This document shows positions 22,930 through 36,411 of a stretch of DNA of 53,656 nt, one piece after another. The notes beneath the pieces are model-generated. The model had not been told where the DNA came from and did no database searches. It saw nothing but the letters and a program-made list of their open reading frames with translations. The DNA is from Pelomyxa schiedti (taxonomy: Eukaryota > Protista > Evosea), in NCBI GenBank assembly GCA_020536535.1, contig JAHLWZ010000900.1, positions 1 through 53,656 on the forward strand. Direction: 5' to 3'. The stretch's first letter is position 1, and every line of letters begins with the position of its first letter. A program made the translations under genes and the position numbers.

Positions 22930-25900
22930 ATGACAGGAAATGATACCTTACAGGTCAAGTTGTCAGGTTTTTTTGTTTTACTTGCAGCTACTATGTCAAT
23001 TTCTCCCGCGTGTTTGGCCAGAAAGTCCCACAATTGTACCAGAAATTGGAATGGGTAGCGCCACTGAGACACTGTGTACCGTGTTGAGGACACTGAAGAA
23101 GCCTTGCACGGTGGCTGGCTTGAGGGAACTGCTATCTATGTCCGAAGTTCCGCCCCCAATGCAGCCGATTTTCAAATCCAAGTTGGGATGGATTCTAAAG
23201 CTGAGGCGTAGATTGGTGCCGGCCGTAGATCCGGGCGGAACCCCGTCGTCCAGAATCGATTCTTTCCCAGAGGCTCTGAATGTGGCCGGATTCCAGGATC
23301 TCGAGGATCTCTTCGGCTTCGGCGACCCGGGAAAGCTCCTTTCGAAGTTTGGGATTCCAGGGGACACAGCCGACAAGCTCCTGCAGCAAGTAAAGGGCCT
23401 CCTCTTTAGAGGAGGTTATACATTGGAACCGGCAAGCGAGGCCCACACCTTGGTCACTACAGTCACCGAGACTCAGAACGAAAGCACAGTGAACAGAGTC
23501 ACTCTTGTATCACAGAATGTTGTGAATCTGATCAACTTCATTCACCGTGGTTGCTGTTCACCAAGCGGTGACAGCATCGCCTTTGACAAACTCGATGACG
23601 CTTTTGACCTTGTCACCATCGGGCTTTTTGGTGACCTGAAAACTGCAACGGATTTTCTTGTGCGAACTGGCGCTTTTCCTAAAGGGAATAAACTTCCTGT
23701 TAATGGGCAGGCAGAGATACACGCCTTCACCACCCGATTTGCGGAAGGTTCTGAAATGAGAGGCAAGTCAGTGATGATTCTCGTTTTTGTTCCAGGGAGC
23801 ACAAGCTTTTCCAACGTTCAGGAGTCTGATCCTGCATGCCTCTTCCTGCGGCTTCTTTACACCCTTTGTGACAGGATTTTCATGTGCTTGTCCGAGGCGA
23901 TGCTCGCTGAAGTTTCAGGTTTTGAGCATAATGGAGTTCTTGATTACCTCTATCTTATGTTTGAGAAGTTCCCACTCGCAACCTGCTGTTATAAAGAAGA
24001 AAAACCTCACAGGTTGACAGTGGTGTTGCCAACAGCAGCAACACCAGAGGTAAATAGCTTTCTATCCAAGCACATTGGCCAATACAACCAAAGACTGGTT
24101 TCCAGGTTCAAACCCACAAGCCCCTTTTGTTTGCTCGGCACTGTAGAGGAGCTTCTCTCCAATATATTTTTTTCAACTGCTCATCAAGGTTGGTTTGAGT
24201 CTGAGACGAAACCGCTCCAACCAACAGGGTTTGGAACGTGGCTGAAGATACTCATTTCACTCGTTCCCGTCCAGATTGCTCGCGTCGAAAACAACTGTTT
24301 GGTGCTGTGCAACAATACATCTTCACAGGGAAATGTTTCATTTGGACTTCTTGATGCAATTTTCTCTGCATGTATCGACACACAAGTTCTTGTTGTCACA
24401 TCGATGGGAAAACAGAGCACAGGGAAGAGTTACACTCTCAATCACCTCTTGGGTGTTCTCTTTGACTCTGGAGGTAGGGGCACTGATGGTTGTTGGATGA
24501 GTGTTCGCGAGTTCGCTGATTGCTTGACTGTGGCTTTGGACTTTGAAGGACTTTGCTCTCCGGAGCGTTCTGAACAGGAGGACCTTCTCCTTTCTGTGTT
24601 GAATGCATCCGTTTCAAATTTGACTCTTTTCAAGACTGAAAGTTTGATTGATCGGGAAACAGAAAGAATGTTCAGGAACTTCCAAGAGGGTGTTGGACTA
24701 TTGAAAGGAGATGACAGGCTCTTCAAGTGTTGTTTCACTCTCATGGCAAAAGATGTCCCTGAACGAGACACATCGAGTTTAACCTTGGAATTCCAGACCA
24801 AATTTACGAGCCTTTCCCAAATGTTTTCAGGGAAAATCAAAATGATAATGTGTTCCCCACTTGGTACACGTGGATACAACAACAACCTCAAAGAGTGTGT
24901 CGAAATACTCAAAGAACAGACACCACAATTCCACAGTGGAGGAGAGTTCTCCTCGATGCTCAAGCTGATTCTCGCGAAGTTGCACTTGAAAGATTGGTCT
25001 TCCCTCCAAGGTCAAGACATGGTGGTTGTGGCGCGAATGCTCCAAGAACAGCTCTCTCTGGCAGTCAATTATGGTGGTGAGTCCGCATCCGTTGGCCACC
25101 ATGGACAACTTGTAAACTTGTCAACTGGGGAAATTGTTCCCCATCCCGAATCGGTCACCATCTCCGGCCTCAACCCAGAAATGCCGTCTGATTTAAGGTC
25201 ATGTGCCCGTGCTCGGACTCCCACATGTTTCAAGCAGCCAACCTTTCACATTCAAATGGCCGACGGGGAAAGACTGCTCAATTGGCTACGGCTTCAGCAC
25301 ATTGAATGCGGAACCCATTTCAAGACCTGCCGAGAGAAAGACGCAGTTGACGGGCCAACTGTTCCCCTTCTTGCCACCTTCATCGCTACAGAGATTTTCA
25401 GTGCGTTAGTACAATGTGACAGTATTTTTCGCATTCACCTCACAGTGCAAAGGTGTAAGAACCCTTTCCGCATTAGGGTACCAATGCAGAGCCCTGGTAA
25501 TTGGGAGTAATTATAATAGCCGATACAATGACACAATACTTGTTGCCGATGTTTGTTTGCCTCTGACTAGGCTTTATACGCTCCTTATTCCTCGTTTTTA
25601 CTTATTCACCAACAGTTTCTGAAACACACATGCCACTTCACAGTGATGGAGGAACCCAATCCGGTCACATGGACAGGCACACTGGATCGCTTCCTTCCCA
25701 CTCCGATTGATAACCCAGAGTCTGCAAAAGTGTGTCTCATAAAGCTCTCACACATTACTGTAATTTCTAATTACCCAGGTTGCAAGTATTTTTTACTTCG
25801 CAGGAATCGCAAAGCAGGTTGGATCGCAACAGAACTTGCTGTTGGGTGATGGAAGTACAGTTTCTTCATCATCTACAACAGACCTCATCATGCCATTTAG

Positions 25901-26449
25901 CAGTATTATGTCACGCATCTCTGCTGAATCTAATTTGGTCATTGCGATAATTGACGCATTCCAGTCAGAAACTACCGTTGGAGGGCAGTGGGTGACTAGC
26001 AAAATCATTGACCAGAGCTTCCTCTTACACATTCCAAACCATAGATAAATCATTCTGGTGCATTTACCTATCGCCGAGGAACGGAGCAATTAGCGCGAGA
26101 CCAGCTTCCAACAGGTTATTACTTAGTTTTTTCTGCGAATCCTGGTTTGTTGTTTCTGCCTTGTTAATTCGTCCCAATCTTACAAACCAAAACAGGGGGC
26201 GGGGTGTTCACAAAAAGAATGTTCACAAGATGCTTCCAAGATGGTACTTTCCCAACAACAGACTATGGAGAGCAAACAGCTAACAAATGAACAAACAACA
26301 ACTGCACCACAGAGCTTTCGAGCGCACTTCCAGGGACACCCTTCGATGATATCGTGGATCGCGCAGTGACTCAGGTGCAGATACTCACATCTGGGTCTCA
26401 GTGTCCGTGTGTAACTGACACCGTCGGCAAAAGATTCGCTATTTTCTGA
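22930..26449 (+). CDS. VLIG/GBP-like GTPase paralog 2: compact, internally deleted form ending in a spliced pseudo-caspase domain
   Basis: Short exon 1 (MTGNDTLQVKLS) with the family splice donor; uninterrupted ORF to ~25400 with GKQSTGKS / GGRGTDG / DFEG; then small exons RALVIGSNY..NDTILVAD|FLKHTCHFTV, IFYFAGIAKQ..IAIIDAFQ, PGTPFDDIVDRAVTQVQILTSGSQCP..RFAIF* (stop ends 26449). One small exon near 26140 appears to have lost its AG. Confidence 0.75.
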
Positions 26450-26519
26450 AACAAAAAACCAAGTTGAGCTTCCTGCTACTGTGGCAAAGAAGCACTAGAA
26501 AGCGTAAAAACGAAAAATT

Positions 26520-29500
26520 ATGTCAACAATCCGGGAGGCACTGTCGCGGGCGGGGATCGATGTGAAACCACTTGATGACCTGAACTTCGACTTGGACGTG
26601 CTTCCGTCCGACGACTTCGTCTCGCAAGTTGCTGAAAACCGAGTGTATATGGACGCGAACTACTACAACACCGTATACGCCGTTGCCGTGCGTTGTCTTG
26701 CTGAAGAACGAAACAACTATGAGCGGCTGAGCCGGAAGTTGTCAGGTTCTTTTCTTCCCATTCTTTTTGTAATGAGTTCTTAATTACTGGTGTATAAAAC
26801 AAATTCATCCCACCAAACTCCCTGGTTATTTATAAGTATCATTAAAAAAAAAATGAAAACAGAAATTGGGATGAGTTGTGCCTCAGACTCCTTGTGTGGA
26901 GCATTGAGGACACTGGGAAAACCCTGCACCTTGGAAGCTCTGAGGGAAGTTCTGTCTCTTCCTGAAATTCCCACACATTTGCTCCAGGCTTTCGATTCCA
27001 AAGTAGGGTGGCTCCCAAAGCTTCGGCGGAGATTATTGCCGATAACGGACCCCGGCGGAACCCCGTCATCTAGGATCAAATCGTTCCCAGCAAAGTTGAC
27101 CGCGGCAGGATTCCAGGACTTGGAAGACCTTGCTTATTTGGATTCAAATGATTTTGAGAAACTAGTGGGGTCACTGAAAGTTTCAAAGGGGACCGCCATC
27201 ACCGTATATCAGCAAGCAAAGACCATTGTTGGAGAGAGCAATAAAGTACTTCACTATACACTGGATCATGCCACCGTAATCAAAAGCTTGATCACCACTG
27301 TCGGAAAAGCGGTCACCAATGCCACGCTTGTCTCACAGAATGTTGTGAACCTGATCAACTTCATTCGCCGTGACTGCTGTTCACCCAGTGGTGACAGCAT
27401 TGCATTTGACAAGCTTGATGGAAGTTGTGACTTTATCACCATTGGGCTTTTTGGTGACCTCACACTGATCACCAATTTCCTGGTGCGAATTGGTGCTTTT
27501 CCTGAGCACAATAAACTGCCTGCGAATAATGGGCAGGCAGAGATACACGCCTTCACGACTCGGTTTGCTGAATGCTCAGCAATGAGAGGCAAGTCAGTGA
27601 TGATTCTCGTTTTTGTTCCAGGGAGCACAAGCTTTTCCAACGTTCAGGAGTCTGATCCTGCGTGCCTCTTCCTGCGGTTTCTTTACACCCTTTGTGACAG
27701 GATTTTCATGTGCTTGTCTGAAGTGATGCTCACCGAACTCCAACACGAAATTGGAGAAGCTGAAGCTCGAAGGCTTTTTGAATGTGAAGTAGAGAAGACC
27801 TCAATAAAAGAAGACAGGTGCGAGTTCCGGAAAGGCTTTGCCCAGGACCTCAGCCTCCCACCATCAGATTCACCTTGGACAATGATCCAGGGAGATAACA
27901 GAGTTGGTTTTGTCTGTTGGGAGGAAATCAATGAGAGCACCGTGTATACCCCACTGACTGGCCAGATTCCTATTTCTTACTTTACAGGGCAGTTCAAGGA
28001 TTTGTTGGATGGGAGGGAGCTGTGCACTGACATCCTCCCTTATCTCAACAAGTTGGCACTTCTTCGATTGCTCAATCCCACTGCTGCCCAAGCCCTTGAA
28101 GAAGTAAATAAGAGACGAATTAGGAATCTTCAGAGTGTGGCAAAGGATCAAATTCAACGTATACTCATGAAATACTTTCAGCACGAATGGGAACTACTGC
28201 TTCTTAAAGCACCACGTTCACTGAGCGATTGCTCTGCTGACCAAACGAGCCGGAGAGATGCCGTCGGGATATGCCTTTCCAAGGCCACGTCTGTTGTATT
28301 TCCATCACGTTCTCTGAGCGATTGTTCTGCTGAGTTGGACCAAACTAGGCTGAGAGATTTCGTCGCGACATGCCTTTCGAAGATAACGTCTGTTGTTTTT
28401 CTCTTTGAGGAGTTTTTCCCCGATAAGACCCAACGTCAACTCCGTGATTTCTTGAGTCTCACAGAACATGAAATGAAACAGAGAATCAGTCAATTTGCGA
28501 GCGACCCACCAAGACCCCACGTTCCACTTTCTACTTTTTCGTCCTTGGCGTTCGAGCCGCACTTCGTCTCTGAAATCACTTCCGCGTTGAAAAAGAAATT
28601 TACGTCTCAGTATAAATCGCTCCTCAAAGAAATACAAGATGATGTGTGCAACAACCCCGAAAAATTTTGCCCAACGTTCCTTATCGATCTGGACACAGCA
28701 ATCCGCACAGAAACTGCAAGTTCACAGTTGAGGAAATAAGTTTGGAGAAGGCAACTGATGGGGGTTCCAATGTCACTCTCGCACCTCCTTGTTGTTTTGA
28801 TGTGGGTGTATCCACTGTTCTTGGCTGTTTCCTCTTGCCTGGAGGCAAAATTATGGTTGTTGGTGTTGATGCTGACCCTCCAAATTATCTCATCTGCGTT
28901 CACCAAGAGGGCACAGGCTCCCTCAGTTCGAAACTGCCAAAGAAAGGTTGCATTTCCCAGTCAACTTTTGTGCAGCAACGAGAATGCTGGTGATGTGTTA
29001 CTCCTCACCGGACCTCATTGTCTGTGCTCTGAAATTCAACGAGTCATATTCGAAATATGACAACCTGGGCAGTTTCTCAATTGCTGATGATGCCGATCTT
29101 GCAGGTGTGAATGGAATTTTCCCGGTTCCAGAAGGACAAAAGGTTGTTGTGACATTCCCAACAGTGGCCAAGCTTTTTGACTTTGAGCAAAGAACTATTT
29201 CGGATTTGCCACAACTTGATGGGCCTGCACTTTTCCTCAGTCCAGAATTATTCGTCACTGTGAAACCTTCACTTCCAATCGTTGCAGGAACACCTGATGA
29301 GAGGGGGTCGTGCTTCGTTTCTGTGAGGAGTTGCCTGCAACCATCGATTGTTCAGCACTCGGAAACAAACCTCCTGAACTCACACCTGTTGCCCTCAACG
29401 CTTCTGGTAAACTTTCAATTTTGTAATGGGGAACCAGAATCCCATTTGATTCAATTCGACCCCACTTCTCATCACTTTCCACAGTGATCTTGAGTGCTGT

Positions 29501-32480
29501 GATGAAACAAACAAATTTCTCACTGCAGATGGCCTCACAACCAACTCACCCTTTGTGTTCACCGTTGGATTATCTACGTCTCATGTTTGACAAGTTCCCA
29601 ATCACAGCCGTTTTTGGTAGTCAAACTGAAGAGAAAACACACAAGTTGACTGTGGTGGTGCCATCAGCAACACCCGAAACAAATATGTTGATCTCCAAGC
29701 GGATCATGGGGTATAAAGACAAACTTGTTGATCTTTTCAAAGCACTTGGCACAGCTGACAAGTTCTTCATGGAACATGTGACTTGCAGCATTGATCAAGG
29801 ATGGATTGAGACCGACCCACTCCAACCAACAGGGTTTGGAACGTGGCTGAAAACACTCATTTCACTCGTTCCCGTACAGATCGCCCGTGTCAACAACAAC
29901 TGTTTGGTGCTGCGTGACAGATTTTCACAGGGAAATACTGTTTGTTTTACACAAACCCAGCACAGTGTTGCAGAGGGAATTTCGTTTGGACTCCTCGACG
30001 CGATCTTCTCTGCGTGTTTCAACAAACCAGTTCTTGTTGTCACATCGATGGGAAAACAGAGCACAGGGAAGAGTTACACTCTCAACCACCTCTTGGGTGT
30101 TCTCTTTGACATCTCTGGTGGGAGGTGCACTGATGGTTGTTGGATGAGTGTTCGTGAGAGATCTGATTGCTTGATTGTGGCTTTGGATTTTGAGGGACTT
30201 TGCTCTCCGGAGCGTTCTGAACAGGAGGACGTCCTCCTCTCTGTGTTGAACGCCGCTATTTCCAACATGACACTTTTCAAGACTGAATTTAGAATTGATT
30301 GGGAAACAGAAAGAATGTTCAGGAACTTCCAAGAGGGTGTTGGAATGTTGAAAGGGGATGACAAACTCTTCAAGGGTTGTTTCACTCTCATGGCAAAAGA
30401 TGTTCCTGAACGAGACACCTCGAGTTTAACCTTGGAACTCAATAACAAGTTCAAGAGAATTGTTCATGCGAACCAGGGGCAAAACTCTCTCAAATGTTTC
30501 CAGGAAAGGTCAATATGGTAATGTGCCGTCCACTTGAAACACGTGGTTACAATGACAGCCTCAAAGAGTGTGTCGAAATACTCAAAGAACAGACACCACA
30601 ATTCCACAGTGGAGGAGAGTTCTCCTCGATGCTCAAGCTGATTCTCGCGAAGTTGCACTTGAAAGATTGGTCTTCCCTCCAAGGTCAAGACATGGTGATT
30701 GTGATTCGAATTCTCCAAGAACAGCTCCCTCTGGCAGTCAATTATGGTGGTGAGTCCGCATCCGTTGGCCACCATGGACAACTTGTAAACTTGTTGACTG
30801 GGGAAATTGTTCCCCATCCTGAATCGGTCACCATCTCCGGCCACAATATCCCCATGTCCACCTTCAACCTGCAGGCAGATTGCGAGGCAGACTATACTAG
30901 GATATGGGAGCAGCTCAAGCACTGTTTTGGGCAATGTCTTCCAGTACCCGCAATGCAGTCTGATTTCAGATCATGGCAGTGTAATTTCAGGGAGTTTGTG
31001 CACCAAATCATTGAGACACGGAAGAAGCTTGTGAGGGATTGAGAGCCGTTCAAATATTAAATGTGATTTTTATGCACCCACTGGACCTGAGAACAGGTGT
31101 CCTGAAGTCAAAGATTTTTTGAAGAAAGTGGAGTGTTCCTTTCGCCAACTGAATTCACTTGAAGTTTGCCAAGGGACTTGTGCTGCGTGCAACTTTCCGT
31201 GCTTGCTTCTACACGTGCATTCAGGGCAACACAACTGCCATGGCTCCCACAAGTGTGACGCCGAGTGTACTTATTGCCAGTCCGCAGGCACAACATGTAC
31301 TTACCCGGCTGGCCACGATGGTGACCACGACTGCAAAAGAGGCCACAAATGCAACAAGGACTGCACTCTCTTGTGCAAAACATGTTGCAACAGATTCTGC
31401 TCTCTTTTACCCAGTCACTCCAGTCCGTGCATGTGTGGTGGACAACACCTGTGTGGTGAGAAATGTGCTGCTATAGGCCCAAAAGAATCCTGTAGCCAGC
31501 CGTGCACCCTCCCTTACAACAATCATCAAAAACACAACTGTGGAAGTGGTCACTGCCTGCACAGTTGCAGTTTCCCAAAGTGTACAAAGCCATGTGCTTC
31601 AGAAGATCATTTTCATGGGAATGAACCCTCAGCTTCAGTCTACCAACACTCCTGTGGCAGAGATCACCCCTGCCCATCAGAGTGCGAGGTTCCTGGCTGG
31701 TGCAAGGTTGAGTACATACAGAAAGTGGACGATGTTTCCTATAATGGCTGAAGGAAAACATTTGTTTTTCAGAAATCGACTCTGCCAGTAGCAATAAAGT
31801 GCCGTTGCTGTATAAAGGTTCCGTCAGGGCAACAAGAACACCTCGGTTCTCACGTTTGTGAATACCCAGCTGCCCATCGTTGCAAAGACACCTGCCCAAC
31901 CTGTGGTTATATTTGTGAACACAATTTCGGACACCCTGGTAAGCATGAAACAAAACACGGTAACATGACCAAAACGCAATTTGTTTCCAGTGGCAGAAAC
32001 TGAGGTTTGTATGAAGTTGGTGAAACTGGGGAGGCAGAGATATGCAATTTATTCTGCAACAAACTCGGCAGGCACATCCACATTCTTCCCTGTACGGTGG
32101 AGGGCAATGCCCCCTGCCCTCACACGGGGAAAGGAGGTAGAAGACATTCCACCACGAGATACCTGCCAGACCCAAATACTCCAAAGGATGAACTCACACA
32201 TGATAGCTACTGGAATGCAATTAACTTTGGTGATCCTTGCACAGCGGAACAAAGAGAAATTTTCGGAATGTGCAACTTTGAGTGTGGTGAAACTCACACC
32301 AATGAAGAGTCCAGGTGCCAGTGCATGCTCCCTCTTTGGCACGTAAACAGTTTGTTAGCTGTCAATGTATTTAATGAAAGAAAAAGGTCAGACTACCGTG
32401 CGGCTCTTATCTTTATGTCAGATGGAGACGACGAGAATTCTGAATGGGAAAAGAGCATGAAAAAAATCAAAAAACAGAAT
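26520..32480 (+). pseudogene. VLIG/GBP-like GTPase paralog 3 (VWA type), disrupted
   Basis: Homology continues across ORFs 26520, 26790, 28646, 28948, 29484, 30494, 31119 and 32007, with frameshifts or stops near 28730, 28958, 29478, 30485, 31040, 31749 and 32003; only the IFMSDG part of the VWA domain remains. Confidence 0.85.
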
Positions 32481-34596
32481 ATGGTTGCACCTACACCCCA
32501 CCCAAGCCCACGCCCCCTTCCCTTCCACACCCCACTACACATCCAAAAAATCACAGGAAGAAGGGCACCTCCTGATGAGACCTCTACCACGCCACTCCCC
32601 CGGTTTTTGTTCCTTATTGTTATTCCACAAAACTCAAACGATCGGCTCAGGAACTAAAAATAGTTTTTTTTGAGAGTGACGATATTCCTCTGTTGCAATC
32701 GAGCTTTGTCTTGTCAAGATTCGGTAGTGCAACGGTAAGTCCAACATCTGGAAAGTGAAAGAACCAGGTTCAACTTCAACCTAAATTTTAAGTGTTTTAA
32801 AGGCATATACTGTACCTTAGGACAATATTCATGTCCATACATTGATGGAGTTTTGGATCTGAGTTTCGCATTTGGTTGTTTCACAACAACCTGCTTCATT
32901 GAATGCTGCCATTGGGGTATCTAAGTTTGTGAATAACAAAGAAGGAACATAATAATAAACAACTTTGAATCATTTGGTTGGGTATAATGGGTTCACCCAT
33001 TAATGAAGGTAAGGAGGATGAGAACCTCTTGAAGGGGGATTCTGCAAATGGAGGTGTGGTGACCACCACCAGCTCGTAGAGATAACACTGAGGAAAGGCT
33101 GCCAACCTGGAGCCTCAAATTAGAGTTTCCCAAACCACCATCATAATGGAGTGGGAAAATGATGTAGTAAAGAGAAGCTCACATTACCAAAGTTCAATCC
33201 TGATAAGATGGAGGTGGTGGATTGGTAGAGTTAAACTTGCCATCAAGTTCGAGTTGCATATATTGCAAGCACTATCTGACACTCTGAGAATGTTCAGATG
33301 CAAGTTTAACTCATTCTCAGAGTGTCAGATAGTGCTCACAATATATGCTGCACCAAGGGAGAACAAAGAGGCACAAAGTATAGTATTCTTGGAATGGATA
33401 CATCTGGGTGTAGGTTTTTTGTTTGTCAATTTTGTATAGAAATGAGGTGTCCATGGTGTGTGTTGAGATTCCAAAGTCACAAGTCTTCTCTGAACACAAC
33501 ATACACAGAAGCATACAATGGTGTATAAGCTAGATATGTCAAGGCTTTTTCTGGCTTTGACACAAGTCTTCTCCCAGCAACTACTTGTACTGTCAAACAA
33601 CAGGGTAAAACAGCTGCTGATCTTGTGGAATGCTAAGACTACAAGCTTTAAACCTCAAACAGTTTGCACTACTGTTTCTTCATGAAAACATGGGGGGTAA
33701 GCCATCTGGGCATTTATTAAATTTACTTCTTGGGAACAGAATAAAGGGGGGTTGGGTTTTGAGTGGTGAATGTTATGGGTAGAGTCTGCTGTGATTGGTT
33801 TCTGCTATGATTGGTGGGTGTTGTGCCTGGTACTTTGTCTGGAAATCTCTATTTTGCTGGTTGGGTATACTGGTGTTTATTGTAATCATCTTTAAACCTG
33901 TGTGAAGCCTTTAGGGTGGATTGTATTCAAATCTTGGGTGAACAATGGTGGTTGTTTGGATTTTGGCCTGGGTTGGTAAACCCAATGCCCCACAGACTTC
34001 CACACATGCTAATTCTGGTGGGAGTGTTGAGGTGTGGAAATGAAATAAATAGCCCTATAATGGTTTTGGCTGCAGATTTGGCTGAGTCTGGGGAGTTGGG
34101 AATTATGTTGAGGGTCTTCATTGGGTTCAGTTTCAGTTCTTGCCGGAGTTCCAAATTATGTTGGCACCTGTCTCTGGTGAATCACATCCATGCTGGCAAG
34201 TCAGAGCGACTTTGCATACATGGGCCATGCGATTGTTAAGGGGTTTCATGTTGGTTACAACCAAGAGGGCTTGGTTCCGGATTGAGGGGGGGATGCCTGG
34301 GGTGTTGAGGTTCCTTACTAAGTTTTGCCAATAAGGATGCCAAGGTATTTGTACTTTGTTACTGTCTGTACTGGCCACACAGTTGATGTTCTATCTTTGG
34401 CCTGTGGGGGGTGGGCTGCCAGGACTTCTGTCTTCTTGTAGTTCAGAGCAGCTCCTGTAGCCTGACAGTATAAATTGAAGATTGAAGCTCCTGTGTCCAG
34501 GTCCTCTAGATTCTTCTAAATAGTGCAGATGTCATCTGCATATGCTAATACCTTTGGTTTAACTGGGGAGTCATGGAGTTTCATGAGAAGTGTCTA

Positions 34597-36351
34597 TCAC
34601 AACGTTGAAGAGGAGTGGAGAGAGAGCATACATACCCATGTTTGGGACATTCCTATATGCTCCAAAATGTGAATAATGGTGTGCTTAAGAACATAGTAGG
34701 TATTTGATACTGCCATGATATTATCATCAATGAGTCTTCCTTCAAAGAACCCATTCTGGTTTGGGTGACAGAGTTGTGCTATGAGGGGATTAAGGATATA
34801 GGACATTGCCTTGGTGATGATGCGGTTGTCTGTGTTAGGTAGGGAAATGGGCCGTGACTCATCAATTCTGGTGGTCCTTTCCACTTTGGGAAATGCAAAG
34901 AAAAGGGAATCGTTGAAGTGATCTGGGGCAAGGTGTTCTGATAGCCAATAGAACATGTTGCACAGAATCGATGCTGAGAGTTTGGGGAGTGCTTTCCATG
35001 CTGCAAAGGTCACCCCATCTGGGCCAGGGGCCGATCTTGATTTGCAGGATAGAATAGTTGCTTCAATGTCTGTTTTTGTGAGATGGGGGATTGGGTTGAG
35101 TTTCTTATTGTAATTGCTTAGTAAAGCTTTCCGGGCTTCTTCATTTGAGGATATTGGACCTAGAAGTGGAGCCCAAAAATCTTTTGTGATTTCATCTTTC
35201 CTCTTTGAGTTGCAGGTAAGGTTGTTGGTAATAGGGTCTAGCATTTGAACATATACAGTACTTTTGGTTGGTATCTCCAGGAAAGGGGTATGTCTCTTCT
35301 TGGGGATCTTAATGTTTAGTTGAGTTTTAACCCAGGCTATGGCTTCGTGGATTTGGTTTGGGCTTGGGGGATAATAGTCAAATAAATCTGCCACTTCTTT
35401 GTTGCTTTTGATAATCCTCAGAGCTTCCAGTGCTGAGGCCTTCTGTAGTTTAAAGAGTAGTGAGAGGGTATCCTGTTGTGTGTTGTTTTTGTTGTTCATT
35501 GTTTGCCACGCTGCCTGAATCAGGAGACATTTGTCTGCTTTCCAGCAGGCCACTGGGTGGTCAGGGAGGGCATCTGGGAGTAACTTTGTTAAGTGGAGCT
35601 TGTATGCAGGATTCTCGAAGGTCCATCTTGGGGGTCTATTCCTGTTCCAGACAGTCTTGGGCTTTGGGGATACCATTAGTAGTATTAGGTAGTGGTCCAA
35701 AGCGCTGGATTCCCATGTGGTCAATTGAGAACTAATGTCTTTGAGAGTTGTAACAGCTGCATGGTCGAGTGTATAGCAGGTTCCATTCTGGATGTGTGTT
35801 GGAGATTTCGAGTCAACTGGATGGACTTCCCATTTTTGCATGGCCTGGTGAGCTGTCTGTCTTAAGGTGGATGATCTTTCAAATGATGGGTGTTGGTGTT
35901 TACTGAGTGGGATATTAAAATCCCCAATCAGTATAGTTGCTGAGGCACTAACTCGTGTGTATTTTGTGCAAGCGGTATCCCAGAAATCTACTGCTTCCGG
36001 GTGTCCTGTGTATGGTGTGTATACTCTGAGTATGTCCATGGTGTTGTTTTCCCATGTGAATTGGACTTTGGACATTCGTCCTTCCATAATGATTTGTGGC
36101 TGGGTGGGGTTTAGGGATCTAAGGACCCCTATTGCCACACCATCAGAGTTCTTTCTGCTGTTCATGAACCACCAGTATTTAGGGTTCAGATTACTTGCAT
36201 TGTAATGTGCTTGTTCTGTGGAGTGTGTTTCTGTGATAACAAGGATATGTGCGTTGATTGCTTTGATGGTGTCTTTGAGTTGTTGGAGTTTGAGTGTAGG
36301 TGCTGTTGCTAACCCCCTCACGTTCCATGATAAAACTCGTAAACTACTCAT
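34597..36351 (-). pseudogene. LINE ORF2 (APE endonuclease + truncated reverse transcriptase)
   Basis: LRVLSWNVRGL, ITETH, GVAI, ILIGDFN, LDH; APGPDGV, RPISLPNTDNRIITKA, QNGFFEGRLIDDNI. The DxxKAFD and QGxPLS motifs are missing and stops precede YADD. Confidence 0.88.
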
Positions 36352-36411
36352 GATTGATTAGGTGGTTTTAAGGGGGGCTGTGAGGGGGCTGAGCCCTGAG
36401 TGGGGTTTGGG

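Noticed and set aside
25400-25510. ORF-track C-terminus ..RVPMQSPGNWE* (and ..SPGNRE* at 51263) as the true protein end
   Set aside because: Synonymous-type differences between copies fall in the alternative frame (VRTLxALGYQCRALVIG), implying an intron and continuation into the caspase-like exons.
25779-25990. Active metacaspase/paracaspase
   Set aside because: Both catalytic positions are substituted (His to Ile/Thr, Cys to Phe) in both copies.
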